Of a stretch of 64,000 bases of DNA, positions 10,422 to 19,269 are shown piece after piece. The notes under the pieces are model-generated. The model was not told the DNA's origin and did not search any database. It saw nothing but the letters and a program-made list of their open reading frames with translations. A program made the translations under genes and the position numbers. The stretch's first letter is position 1. Each line of letters opens with the position of its first letter. The stretch spans positions 65,801 to 129,800 of the forward strand of contig JBBTYL010000001.1 in assembly GCA_038061795.1 (NCBI GenBank), read 5' to 3'. Source of the stretch: Patescibacteria group bacterium (GTDB lineage: Bacteria > Patescibacteriota > Minisyncoccia > Phycocordibacterales > PALSA-1337).

Positions 10422-10886
10422 ATGAGCGACGCACAACAATATCTTACTAGTGAGAAAATGCAGGAATTTACCAAGGAACTTACAGTGCTGAAGACGGAAA
10501 AAAGAAAGCAGGTTGCAGAAAATCTTGAATATGCAAAGAAGCTCGGAGACCTTTCGGAGAATGCCGAATACCACGAAGCCAGACAGGAACAGGCAGAAGT
10601 GGAGGATCGCATAAACCATCTCGAAAATCTCATCAAGACAGCGATGATCGTAGATGAGAAGCATGGAGATGTAGTCTCAATCGGTTCGACCGTCAAAGTT
10701 CAGAAGGAAGGGGAGAAGGATGTAAGAGAATACAAGATCGTGGGATCAGAGGAGGCAGACATGGTTCACGGGAAGGTATCAAACCTTTCCCCGCTCGGCT
10801 CCGCGCTTCTTGGAAAAAAGAAGGGAGAAAAGGTTTCTTTTATCACGCCGAAAGGCAAAGCTGTTTACACACTCATCTCTATTTAA
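10422..10886 (+). CDS. greA: Transcription elongation factor GreA
   Basis: 154 aa. N-terminal coiled coil with GDLSENAEYHEARQEQ and a C-terminal FKBP-like domain (ISNLSPLGSALLGKKKGEKV). Confidence 0.95.
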   Translation: MSDAQQYLTSEKMQEFTKELTVLKTEKRKQVAENLEYAKKLGDLSENAEYHEARQEQAEVEDRINHLENLIKTAMIVDEKHGDVVSIGSTVKVQKEGEKDVREYKIVGSEEADMVHGKVSNLSPLGSALLGKKKGEKVSFITPKGKAVYTLISI

Positions 10887-10892
10887 ACTTTG

Positions 10893-12347
10893 ATGGATGA
10901 ATTAAAAGCTATTCGTCTCGAAAAACTCAATAAGCTGAAGGCGGCAGGGATGAATCCATTCCCGAGCAAGGTTCCGCGTACATTCTGTCTCGCAGATGCT
11001 AAGGCAAGCTTTGAAGAGTATGAAAAAGCCGGCAAAGAAGTCTCTCTTGCTGGTCGTATCATGGCTATCCGAGGACAGGGGGCGATTCTTTTCGCTGTCC
11101 TCTATGACGGCAAGGGGAAATTTCAGGCCGTCTTCAAGAAAGACGAGCTCGATGAGAAGCTTTTTCAGCTTTTTACTGACGCAGTAGATATCGGCGATTT
11201 CATTTCTGTCACAGGGACTTTCTTTACGACGCAAAGAGGCGAGCAGAGCATCATGGTGAAGTCATGGACGATCGCTACAAAATCGCTTCTGCCATTGCCG
11301 GAAAAGTGGCATGGCATCAAGGATGATGATGAGCGATACCGAAAACGCTACCTCGACATTCTCATGAATGAGGAGCTTCGGGATCTTTTCATGAAGAAAA
11401 CCAAATTCTGGGATGTCACTCGAAATTTCCTAAAGGAGAATGGATTTTTGGAAGTTGAAACGCCAGTCCTTGAACTTACGACGGGGGGCGCAGAAGCTAC
11501 TCCATTCAAGACCCATCATAATGATTATGATCTTGATGTATATTTGCGCATTTCAGTCGGTGAACTTTGGCAAAAGCGTCTCATGGCGGCCGGGTTCCCA
11601 AAGACCTTCGAAATAGGAAAGGTATTTCGAAATGAGGGAACAAGTCCAGAGCATGCACAAGAATTCACCAATATGGAATTTTACTGGTCATTCGCGGACT
11701 ACGAGGATGGAATGAAGCTGGTCCGGGAAATGTATATAAAGATCGGGCAGGATGTTTTCGGTACGACGAAATTCACGACTCGAGGGCATTCATTTGACCT
11801 TGCTGACACATGGGCGAAGATAGATTTTACAGAAGAAATACTCAAGCAGACGGGAGTTGATATTTCAAAGGCTTCAGAAAAAGAAATGATGAAGAAGCTC
11901 CAAGAACTCAAGGTTACCTATGAGGGAGAGAACAAAGAGCGATTGATAGATACGCTTTGGAAATATTGCAGAAAAAATATTGCAGGTCCAGCATTCCTTA
12001 CCAATCATCCTTTGATTGTTTCTCCTTTGGCAAAGAGCGTAGATGGCAAACAGCTTGCGCAGATGTTCCAACCGATCATCGCTGGAAGCGAAGTGGGCAG
12101 GGGGTATTCAGAGCTCAATGACCCCATTGACCAGAAGGAGCGATTCGATGCGCAGCAGAAGCTCGTCGATGGCGGAGATACGGAAGCAATGATGGCTGAT
12201 CATGAATTCGTCGAGATGCTTGAGCATGGAATGCCGCCGACATGCGGATTCGGATTCGGAGAGCGGCTCTTCGCTTTTCTTGCCGACAAGCCGCTTCGGG
12301 AACTTCAGATGTTTCCGCTCATGAGGCCTAAGAAGGAAGGAAAATAA
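10893..12347 (+). CDS. lysS: Lysyl-tRNA synthetase, class II
   Basis: About 484 aa. The ORF opens at TTG 10890; ATG is at 10893. OB-fold N-domain. Motifs RYRKRYLDIL, FRNEGTSPEHAQEFTNMEFY, GFGFGERL. Confidence 0.95.
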   Translation: MDELKAIRLEKLNKLKAAGMNPFPSKVPRTFCLADAKASFEEYEKAGKEVSLAGRIMAIRGQGAILFAVLYDGKGKFQAVFKKDELDEKLFQLFTDAVDIGDFISVTGTFFTTQRGEQSIMVKSWTIATKSLLPLPEKWHGIKDDDERYRKRYLDILMNEELRDLFMKKTKFWDVTRNFLKENGFLEVETPVLELTTGGAEATPFKTHHNDYDLDVYLRISVGELWQKRLMAAGFPKTFEIGKVFRNEGTSPEHAQEFTNMEFYWSFADYEDGMKLVREMYIKIGQDVFGTTKFTTRGHSFDLADTWAKIDFTEEILKQTGVDISKASEKEMMKKLQELKVTYEGENKERLIDTLWKYCRKNIAGPAFLTNHPLIVSPLAKSVDGKQLAQMFQPIIAGSEVGRGYSELNDPIDQKERFDAQQKLVDGGDTEAMMADHEFVEMLEHGMPPTCGFGFGERLFAFLADKPLRELQMFPLMRPKKEGK

Positions 12348-12366
12348 TTAAATATACAAAAGAAAT

Positions 12367-12395
12367 CGCGCCGACTTGAAGTCAGCGCGGTTTTG
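12367..12395. terminator. Hairpin between convergent lysS and the S1 protease gene
   Basis: CGCGCCGAC-TTGAA-GTCAGCGCG followed by GTTTTG. One mismatch in the stem. Lies between two convergent stop codons. Confidence 0.6.
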
Positions 12396-12418
12396 TAATT
12401 TTCATTCGGTCATAGCAT

Positions 12419-13474
12419 TCAATGCCCAACAACCGATTTGATCCACGCACTGCGAGGAGCGACTGCCGTGTGAAATGATTCACTTGGCTGAGGCCTTCCG
12501 CAGGGCGCGTAGTAGTAGGCGAAGGGGAAGTAGTACCACCAGAGACCTGTCTGATCGACAAGCGCAGCTGGGAAGGTGTTGAACCCTCCATCCTGCGACC
12601 ATGGTGTGTAGAAACTGCCATAGTTGATTGCTGCAAGTTTCCATTTCCCGTCCGTGTCTTTAACGAACACTGGTCCGCCGGAATCTCCGGGGGTAATCAA
12701 GCATCCGTCCAAAGTGAAGGAAGAAATGATGTTCTCGCCTTCGGTTCGAGTGAATTTCCCGAAAGCCCAGCGTTTTTTGCCGTCTGAACTTGGGACTATC
12801 CAACCGTTTGTGATGGTTGTTGTCAGCGACCTGATTCTGAAGAACGCTTGGTCGCAGTCAGGCTTACTGATGCTGACGCTTGTGAATGATTCTGGACCAG
12901 AGAAGGTAAACGTGTTTGTGAGCGTCACCCATGACTGCAGGTTCGTGCTGATTTCGACTGCGAAGCTTGTTTCGCTGTCGCCGCCGAATACCTCAAACAG
13001 GGCATTGCTGTCCGTTACGTAGAGGTTGGTGATGTAATGGAAGGAAGTATTCACGATTTCAGTCGTGATCATTTCCGTCCCACGACCCGCACCGTAACCC
13101 GCTGTTACGAACTGCATCCCGTCGAGACTGCCTTGCTTAACATAGGGCGGAATCCAGGTTGAGGAGTTCCCTAGGGGTTTTTTAACTTGGCAGAGCAGTA
13201 TTTGTGAATTCGTATCCGCAACAACATTTGTTACCACGTTCGCGACACCATTATAGATGAACGTTGTGTTCGAAACAATGTTCAAGTGTATTGTCGTGAT
13301 GAGCCAGAATTTATCGTAGACAGCAGCTGTGCCGCCGTTGATCGATACTACTTGCGCCGCGTATGGCAATCCCACCGGAGCATTCGTATTGTCTGCCGTG
13401 ATGGAAACTGTCACACCGTATCCCTGAATCATGCCCATGAGCATGATGAGTGCCGACACGAGATTCGTTTTCAT
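12419..13474 (-). CDS. Secreted trypsin-like (S1 family) serine protease
   Basis: The ORF track gives 368 aa. The likely start is the ATG at 13474 (MKTNLVSALIMLMGMIQG, signal-peptide-like). Contains the catalytic-serine motif GDSGGPVFV. Visibly more G+C-rich than its neighbours. Confidence 0.7.
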   Translation of the reverse strand: MKTNLVSALIMLMGMIQGYGVTVSITADNTNAPVGLPYAAQVVSINGGTAAVYDKFWLITTIHLNIVSNTTFIYNGVANVVTNVVADTNSQILLCQVKKPLGNSSTWIPPYVKQGSLDGMQFVTAGYGAGRGTEMITTEIVNTSFHYITNLYVTDSNALFEVFGGDSETSFAVEISTNLQSWVTLTNTFTFSGPESFTSVSISKPDCDQAFFRIRSLTTTITNGWIVPSSDGKKRWAFGKFTRTEGENIISSFTLDGCLITPGDSGGPVFVKDTDGKWKLAAINYGSFYTPWSQDGGFNTFPAALVDQTGLWWYYFPFAYYYAPCGRPQPSESFHTAVAPRSAWIKSVVGH

Positions 13475-13547
13475 GATTTCTCTCTTTCGTTTTGGGTTGA
13501 ATTGTTGACCGTTTGAAATTCTCAAAAAGCTTACTTAAGCCTCTACC

Positions 13548-13576
13548 ATTATACTACTTTAAAGCATGAATGTCAA
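13548..13576 (-). promoter_or_regulatory. Consensus sigma70-type promoter for the S1 protease gene
   Basis: Minus strand reads TTGACA-TTCATGCTTTAAAGTAG-TATAAT (17-nt spacer), about 75 nt upstream of the ATG at 13474. Confidence 0.55.
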
Positions 13577-13633
13577 GTAAGGCAGGGGATAAGTCACAGA
13601 GCCACAGATTAGAGAACCGACACATGTAAAAAA

Positions 13634-13690
13634 GTGGATAACTGTGTTTGCTACTATATGATAAGTGGGATAAAATAGTAGACAAGTGGG
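13634..13690 (+). promoter_or_regulatory. Three phased AAGTGG(G/A) direct repeats upstream of mraZ (candidate MraZ operator)
   Basis: GTGGA at 13634, GTGGG at 13665, GTGGG at 13686. Each is preceded by AA/AAA. Spacings are 31 and 21 bp, so the boxes are helically in phase. They lie 80-130 nt upstream of the mraZ start. Confidence 0.45.
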
Positions 13691-13766
13691 AAGAAGTAGG
13701 AAATCTGTTTCCTGGAGGTATCGACTCTCAAGAAACATTTCCAAATTTCGGATCGCTTAACATGCC

Positions 13767-14210
13767 ATGCTGATCGGAGAACATCTGCACACGATTGATG
13801 ACAAAAGCAGAGTCTCTCTTCCTTCGAAGTTTCGAAAGGAGATGGGCTCTACGGTGGTCATAGCTCCCGGGATAGATAGCTGTCTCTTCATCTTTACGTT
13901 GAAGGGATGGAAAGAATTTGCCGAGAGATTGTCGCGTCCAGATTCATCTTCGGTTTTGCAGGCAGACAATCGAAATTTCAACCGAATCATTTTCGGTCGT
14001 GCGACCGAGGTTGAAGTCGATTCGATCGGAAGAATTCTCATCCCAGATCATCTTTGTGAGCACGCTGGTATCAAGACGCGAGTTGCGATCATTGGCGTTC
14101 TGAACAGAGTAGAGGTATGGGATGAGAAGCTCTGGTCATCATATCGCACCGCAGTAGAAAAGAAGACCGATGCCCTTGCAGAAAAGCTTGGCTCGGCAGG
14201 GATCTTTTAA
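13767..14210 (+). CDS. mraZ: Transcriptional regulator MraZ
   Basis: 147 aa. Duplicated SpoVT/AbrB-like halves (DDKSRVSLPSKFR ... DSIGRILIPDHL). First gene of the dcw cluster. Confidence 0.95.
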   Translation: MLIGEHLHTIDDKSRVSLPSKFRKEMGSTVVIAPGIDSCLFIFTLKGWKEFAERLSRPDSSSVLQADNRNFNRIIFGRATEVEVDSIGRILIPDHLCEHAGIKTRVAIIGVLNRVEVWDEKLWSSYRTAVEKKTDALAEKLGSAGIF

Positions 14211-14213
14211 ATC

Positions 14214-15146
14214 ATGAAACCAGACCTGATTCACACCACAGTGCTTATGCATGAGTCCATTGATGGACTCGACATCCATCCCAGTGACGTTTATTTGGAT
14301 GGGACGCTTGGCAGTGCCGGACATACGGCGTGTGCACTAGAAAAAATGCACGGTGACATAACGATTGTGGGTTTGGATAGGGATATAGAGGCTCTTGAGA
14401 GGTCAGAACAGCGCTTGAGTTCGTACAAAAGCATGGCGAACGGCAAAGTGCATGTTCCGAAGATCTTTCTAAGGGAAGCGAGCTACGGAGACATGGACAA
14501 GGTTCTCAATGAGCTGGGAATCCAGTCGGTCAACCGCATCATGCTGGATCTCGGACTATCATCAGATCAGTTCGAGACCTCGAAGAGGGGATTTACCTTC
14601 AAGAACGATGAGCCGCTGATCATGACGTTCAAGAAGAATCCTCAGGAAGGCGATTTGACGGCACAGCAGATCGTCAATACGTGGGAGGAAGCCAATATAG
14701 CCGACATTATTTACGGTTATGGCGAGGAAAAGTATTCGAGAAGAATCGCGCGGGCAATCGTCAATTATCGGGAGAAGAAATCAATAGAGACGACTGGAGA
14801 GCTCGTGGAGATCATCAGCCATTCAGTGCCAGGATTTTACAGGAAAGGAAGGTTGCATCCCGCGACTAGGACGTTCCAGGCTTTGCGCATCGCAGTGAAT
14901 GACGAACTCAATACTTTGAAGAAGGGATTGGTCAAGGGATTCGAACGGCTTGAGAACGGCGGAAGGATTGCGGTGATTTCGTTCCATAGCCTTGAGGACC
15001 GCATCGTAAAGAATTTCAATAAGGAAAAAGCAGATGCGGGAGAAGCCTTGATTATCACGAAAAAGCCGATTGTTCCGACAGAGAAGGAGATTTTCGATAA
15101 TCCAAGGTCACGTAGCGCAAAATTGAGGATTTTAGAAAAAAAATAA
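14214..15146 (+). CDS. rsmH: 16S rRNA (cytosine1402-N4)-methyltransferase RsmH/MraW
   Basis: 310 aa. HTTVLMHESI..DGTLGSAGHT, ISFHSLEDRIVK, NPRSRSAKLR. Confidence 0.95.
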   Translation: MKPDLIHTTVLMHESIDGLDIHPSDVYLDGTLGSAGHTACALEKMHGDITIVGLDRDIEALERSEQRLSSYKSMANGKVHVPKIFLREASYGDMDKVLNELGIQSVNRIMLDLGLSSDQFETSKRGFTFKNDEPLIMTFKKNPQEGDLTAQQIVNTWEEANIADIIYGYGEEKYSRRIARAIVNYREKKSIETTGELVEIISHSVPGFYRKGRLHPATRTFQALRIAVNDELNTLKKGLVKGFERLENGGRIAVISFHSLEDRIVKNFNKEKADAGEALIITKKPIVPTEKEIFDNPRSRSAKLRILEKK

Positions 15147-15154
15147 TCATAAAA

Positions 15155-15490
15155 TTGAAAATGACGCAGGCAATCGCACACAATATAAGCAGCATGATGA
15201 GATACAAGGAAAGGATATTCATCTTTCTCGTGGCTGGAATCGTCGTTCTTGCGTCATCATACGCGTATCTTTTGCATGATGCCATTACGAATGTCGTTGA
15301 GAGGGAAAGCGTCGTCAGGGAGAATCGCATCGTTTCGACATCGGTCAGCGAACTAGAAGCGAAGTATTTCAGCGTAAAGAATTCCATCACGATCGAGCTG
15401 GCACATGCCAAAGGCTTCAAGGATTCTGAAGTAAGCTCATTCATTTCAAAAAAATCTTTGACAGCGATGGCAAATCATAATGAACTCTAA
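15155..15490 (+). CDS. FtsL-like single-pass membrane protein
   Basis: 111 aa, one TM helix, located between rsmH and ftsI. Positional call. Confidence 0.45.
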   Translation: MKMTQAIAHNISSMMRYKERIFIFLVAGIVVLASSYAYLLHDAITNVVERESVVRENRIVSTSVSELEAKYFSVKNSITIELAHAKGFKDSEVSSFISKKSLTAMANHNEL

Positions 15491-17192
15491 TTCGGTATTA
15501 CGAATCAGACTTGTCGCTATAGGCATATTCTGCTGTGCACTCATCATTATCGGCAAGCTTTATTGGATTCAGGTTGCCCAAGGCGAAGTCTATAGCGAAA
15601 AGGCTGATCGGCAATACGCTAGGCCGGCAGTTTCTAATTTTGATCGAGGCTCGATCTTTTTCACTTCCAAGGATGGCATCAAGGTGGCAGCTGCAACCGT
15701 CAAAGACGGCTATGTTCTTTCCATCAGCCCAAAGCTCATGAAGGATCCTATGAATGTTTATGAAGCTTTGTCACAGTACCTAAAGCTTGATAAAGATTCA
15801 TTCATTGACAAGGCCTCGAAAGCAGGTGATTCATATGAGGAAATCCAGAAAAAGTTGGACCTAGCTGTCGGACAATCGATCGCTGCGCTTAAAATCACCG
15901 GCGTTGATGCCCAAAAAGAAAGCTGGAGGATATATCCTGGCGATTCCCTCGCTGTGCAGACCATTGGGATCATCGGGCTTGATAAGCAGAATAAATCAGC
16001 GGGACGGTACGGACTCGAAAGATACTATGAAGGCGTCCTGACAAGGACGGCGCTCTCATCTGATGTGAATTTTTTTGCGGAGCTTTTTTCTGGCATCAAA
16101 AAAAGCGTTTTTGATGATCTGAAAAAGGAGGGCGATGTTCAGACGACGATCGAGCCGACCGTCGAATCATATCTTGAGGATACGCTTGTCGATACGAGAA
16201 AGAAATGGAATTCGGATTCCATCGGGGGAATCATTATGGATCCTAAGACTGGGGAAATCTATGCCATGGCGCAGCTGCCGACATTCAACCCGAATGATCT
16301 TTCGAACATCAAAGACGTCGGGATCTTTTCGAATGCTCTCGTCGAGAATTCCTATGAGATGGGATCCATCATCAAGCCCTTGACTATGGCCGCCGGCATC
16401 GATAGCGGGGCGATAACCGCGAAATCAACCTATAAGGATGACGGATTTTTGACTTTGAGCGGAAGGAAGATCTCGAACTATGACGGCAAGGCTCGAGGAG
16501 TGATTCCGATGCAGGAAATATTGAGCCAATCGCTCAATGTCGGAGTCGCGTACATAGTCTCGAAAATGGGCTCTGAAAATTTTTCTGAGTACTTCCTCAA
16601 GTTCGGCTTTGGCGAAAAAACCGGCATTGATCAGCCGAACGAGCAGAAGGGACTTGTAAAAAACCTGGTGACACAGAGAGATGTCGAGGTCGCGACAGCT
16701 TCATACGGGCAGGGAATTGCCATGACGCCGATACAGACCATCCGCGGACTTTCTGTGCTCGCCAATGGCGGCATGCTTGTCACTCCGCACATAGCCAAGG
16801 CTATCGAATATGCAGACGGCATTTCAGAGGAGGCCAAGTTTGCCGAACCAGCACGCATTCTTAAGAAAGAGACAGTTGATGACGTAACCAATATGCTCAT
16901 AAAGGTTGTTGATACGGCACTTAAGAAAGGAGAGGTCAAGATGGAGCACTACAGTATCGCGGCCAAGACAGGTACGGCCCAGATTGCGGATCCGGTAAAT
17001 GGAGGGTATTATGATGACCGGTATCTTCACTCGTTCTTTGGCTATTTTCCGGCCTATAGCCCGAAATTCATCGTTTTCCTTTACCATGTATACCCGAAGG
17101 GAGCTGAATTCGCCTCTGAAACGCTGACTGACCCATTTATCCAGCTTGCCAAGCTTCTTATTAATTATTATGAAATTCCGCCTGACAGATAA
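15480..17192 (+). CDS. ftsI: Penicillin-binding protein 3 (divisome transpeptidase FtsI)
   Basis: 570 aa. TM anchor. SxxK (GSIIKP), SxN (SLN), KTG (KTGTAQ). dcw context. Confidence 0.85.
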   Translation: MNSNSVLRIRLVAIGIFCCALIIIGKLYWIQVAQGEVYSEKADRQYARPAVSNFDRGSIFFTSKDGIKVAAATVKDGYVLSISPKLMKDPMNVYEALSQYLKLDKDSFIDKASKAGDSYEEIQKKLDLAVGQSIAALKITGVDAQKESWRIYPGDSLAVQTIGIIGLDKQNKSAGRYGLERYYEGVLTRTALSSDVNFFAELFSGIKKSVFDDLKKEGDVQTTIEPTVESYLEDTLVDTRKKWNSDSIGGIIMDPKTGEIYAMAQLPTFNPNDLSNIKDVGIFSNALVENSYEMGSIIKPLTMAAGIDSGAITAKSTYKDDGFLTLSGRKISNYDGKARGVIPMQEILSQSLNVGVAYIVSKMGSENFSEYFLKFGFGEKTGIDQPNEQKGLVKNLVTQRDVEVATASYGQGIAMTPIQTIRGLSVLANGGMLVTPHIAKAIEYADGISEEAKFAEPARILKKETVDDVTNMLIKVVDTALKKGEVKMEHYSIAAKTGTAQIADPVNGGYYDDRYLHSFFGYFPAYSPKFIVFLYHVYPKGAEFASETLTDPFIQLAKLLINYYEIPPDR

Positions 17193-17201
17193 CCTACCAT
17201 T

Positions 17202-18467
17202 ATGAAAAATTTTCTTAAAAAAATAATCTCATCGATACTCATCTGGGAGTCCAAGATGGTATTGAAGAAATACAAGCCGTCCATCATTGCTGTCACAGGC
17301 AGCGTCGGCAAGACATCCACCAAGGATGCGATTTTTACCGTTCTATCCTCGACGGGCTATGTTCGACGAAGCGATAAAAGCTTCAATAGCGAAATTGGCG
17401 TTCCTTTGACCATCCTTGGTTGTCAGAACGGCTGGAATGATCCATTTTTGTGGATGAGAAATATTTTGGAGGGCCTTGAGCTTATTTTTTTCAAATCAGA
17501 CTATCCTTCGACGCTTGTTCTCGAAGTCGGCGCAGATCATCCTGGAGATATCGAATCAGTTTCAAAATGGCTACAAGCCGATGCCATCGTTATTACGAAG
17601 ATAGGAGATGTTCCAGTACACGTTGAATTCTTTCCATCGATTGATGATCTTGTAAAAGAGAAATCATATCTAATCAAAGCGCTCAAGAAAGACGGGACAC
17701 TCATACTTCTCGCCGATGACCCGAAGGTAAGCGCAATGGCGGCTGGAGTCGCGCAGAAAGTCATGACGTTTGGCATGATATCTCTTGCAACAGTTACTGC
17801 TTCTGACAGCTCGATCACTTATGACGGACAGTCATTGCCAGATGGCATGTCATTCAAGCTCAATCTTCAGGGTAATAGCGTTCCAATCAAGCTAAAAGGG
17901 ATTCTTGGCAGCCAGCAAGTATATCCTTTGATTGCAGGAGCAGCTGTCGGGCTTGCTCGAAACATGTCTGTCTCTAGGATCGTGGATTCATTTGAACACC
18001 ATGTCGCTCCTCGGGGACGAATGAATATCCTTAAGGGCCTGAATGGCAGTGTCATTATTGATGATACTTATAACTCTTCACCGATTGCGCTTCAGGAAGG
18101 CCTGACTGTGCTTGCTTCGCTGCAAGTTTCTGGAAAAAGGATTGCCGTACTCGGCGACATGATGGAGCTCGGAAGCTTCTCTCCAGATGAACATCGCAAA
18201 GCCGGCATTCAGGCAATGCAGTCATGCGATGTTCTAGTAACAGTTGGTCCGCGGGCGAAACAGATGAGCGATAAGGCGGTTTCTTTTGATTCTTCTGAGG
18301 ATGCAGCCGAATATCTGAAGGGAATCGTGGGGACAGGAGATATTATTTTCATAAAAGGCTCGCAGTCAGTCCGCATGGAACGAATTTCCGCAGTTTTGCT
18401 TGTGGATCCGTCAAAAGCGGGTGAACTGCTTGTCAGACAGGAGGAAGAGTGGCTTTCTAAGAAGTAG
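17202..18467 (+). CDS. murF: UDP-MurNAc-tripeptide--D-Ala-D-Ala ligase MurF
   Basis: 421 aa. Mur ligase P-loop AVTGSVGKTSTKD. MurF-type DDTYNSSP motif. dcw context. Confidence 0.85.
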   Translation: MKNFLKKIISSILIWESKMVLKKYKPSIIAVTGSVGKTSTKDAIFTVLSSTGYVRRSDKSFNSEIGVPLTILGCQNGWNDPFLWMRNILEGLELIFFKSDYPSTLVLEVGADHPGDIESVSKWLQADAIVITKIGDVPVHVEFFPSIDDLVKEKSYLIKALKKDGTLILLADDPKVSAMAAGVAQKVMTFGMISLATVTASDSSITYDGQSLPDGMSFKLNLQGNSVPIKLKGILGSQQVYPLIAGAAVGLARNMSVSRIVDSFEHHVAPRGRMNILKGLNGSVIIDDTYNSSPIALQEGLTVLASLQVSGKRIAVLGDMMELGSFSPDEHRKAGIQAMQSCDVLVTVGPRAKQMSDKAVSFDSSEDAAEYLKGIVGTGDIIFIKGSQSVRMERISAVLLVDPSKAGELLVRQEEEWLSKK

Positions 18468-18477
18468 AAGTTTTTTC

Positions 18478-18546
18478 AAAACAAAATCCGCACACGTTAT
18501 GCGGACTTGTCGGTTTACCTTGTGGCCGTTACCCCTCCTTATCAGT
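18478..18546 (-). ncRNA. Candidate small RNA, copy A (unclassified family)
   Basis: Minus strand: ACUGAUAAGGAGGGGUAACGGCCACAAGGUAAACCGACAAG + hairpin UCCGCAUAACGUGUGCGGA + UUUUGUUUU. Preceded by a promoter at 18553-18580. The core is shared with copy B at 27965-28038. The 5' end is estimated from the -10 box. Confidence 0.4.
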
Positions 18547-18552
18547 GCAATA

Positions 18553-18580
18553 ATTTTAGCAAATTAAGAGTCTTCGTCAA
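18553..18580 (-). promoter_or_regulatory. Sigma70-type promoter for candidate sRNA copy A
   Basis: Minus strand TTGACG-N16-TAAAAT. Confidence 0.5.
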
Positions 18581-18664
18581 GCAGCAGATCATCCTTCATC
18601 CTTGTGGACCGGAGGGGAGTGAATTTTTCAAAAAACAGATATTATGGTAAGGTAAAACCCATAT

Positions 18665-18736
18665 GGCCCTATCGTCTATCGGCTAGGACGGAGCCTTCTC
18701 AAGGCTCAAAGCAGGGTTCGACTCCCTGTAGGGTCA
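18665..18736 (+). tRNA. tRNA-Glu (anticodon CUC)
   Basis: Cloverleaf folded by hand. Acceptor GGCCCTA/TAGGGTC (one G-U). D arm GTCT..GGAC with a GG loop. Anticodon stem GAGCC/GGCTC, loop TTCTCAA. T arm CAGGG-TTCGACT-CCCTG. Discriminator A. CCA is not encoded. Confidence 0.9.
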
Positions 18737-18748
18737 CAGAAATGAAAA

Positions 18749-18772
18749 AGGACAGCTTCTGCTGTCTTTTTT
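18749..18772 (+). terminator. Intrinsic terminator after tRNA-Glu
   Basis: GACAGC-TTCT-GCTGTC followed by TTTTTT. Confidence 0.75.
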
Positions 18773-18872
18773 CGTTTCCTAGTGATCGCTGGCAGCGAGA
18801 ATCGAAAGACGGAGCGAGCGTAGGCGAGCGAGTCGGGGTCGCAGGCCGAGCCAGCAGGCGAGGACCTGTGAC

Positions 18873-18892
18873 CGACTCCCTGTAGGGTCACA
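18873..18892 (+). repeat. Exact 20-nt duplicate of the tRNA-Glu 3' end (att-like direct repeat)
   Basis: CGACTCCCTGTAGGGTCACA occurs at 18719-18738 (T loop to the 3' end of the tRNA, plus CA) and again at 18873-18892. Confidence 0.85.
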
Positions 18893-18949
18893 ATTGAGCT
18901 TTTCCTACTATATTGATATAATTACATTATTAATTTTAATTAAATAATA

Positions 18950-19252
18950 ATGGAAGGCGCACCAAAACCAGAAGGAATGGAAATCAAATACATAGGGAAA
19001 TTTACTTATAAGATTAAGAAGGAATACTTAGTTCCTGTACTTGAAAGGATTTCTAAGGAGACGGGAGTGCAGGTTAACTATATTTTAAATACGTTAAGAG
19101 GAGCCCCAGTAAATATTGATTTTATTGTTGATTCTGCTTGCAGCGATGATGATGTTGAGAAAGTAGAACAAGCGATTGAAGCACACAAAGATGAGCTAAG
19201 AGAACTTGCTCGTAAAAGCGAATTGGAAGTTGAGGGCCAGGGTGAGGTGTAG
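18950..19252 (+). CDS. Hypothetical protein
   Basis: 100-aa acidic ORF after an AT-rich promoter-like region. No recognisable motif. Confidence 0.5.
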   Translation: MEGAPKPEGMEIKYIGKFTYKIKKEYLVPVLERISKETGVQVNYILNTLRGAPVNIDFIVDSACSDDDVEKVEQAIEAHKDELRELARKSELEVEGQGEV

Positions 19253-19269
19253 TTTTTGTACTCGGCACC

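Noticed and set aside
18604-18885. 93-aa plus-strand ORF in the murF-downstream intergenic region.
   Set aside because: It runs straight through the tRNA-Glu gene and its terminator, so it is not a plausible CDS.
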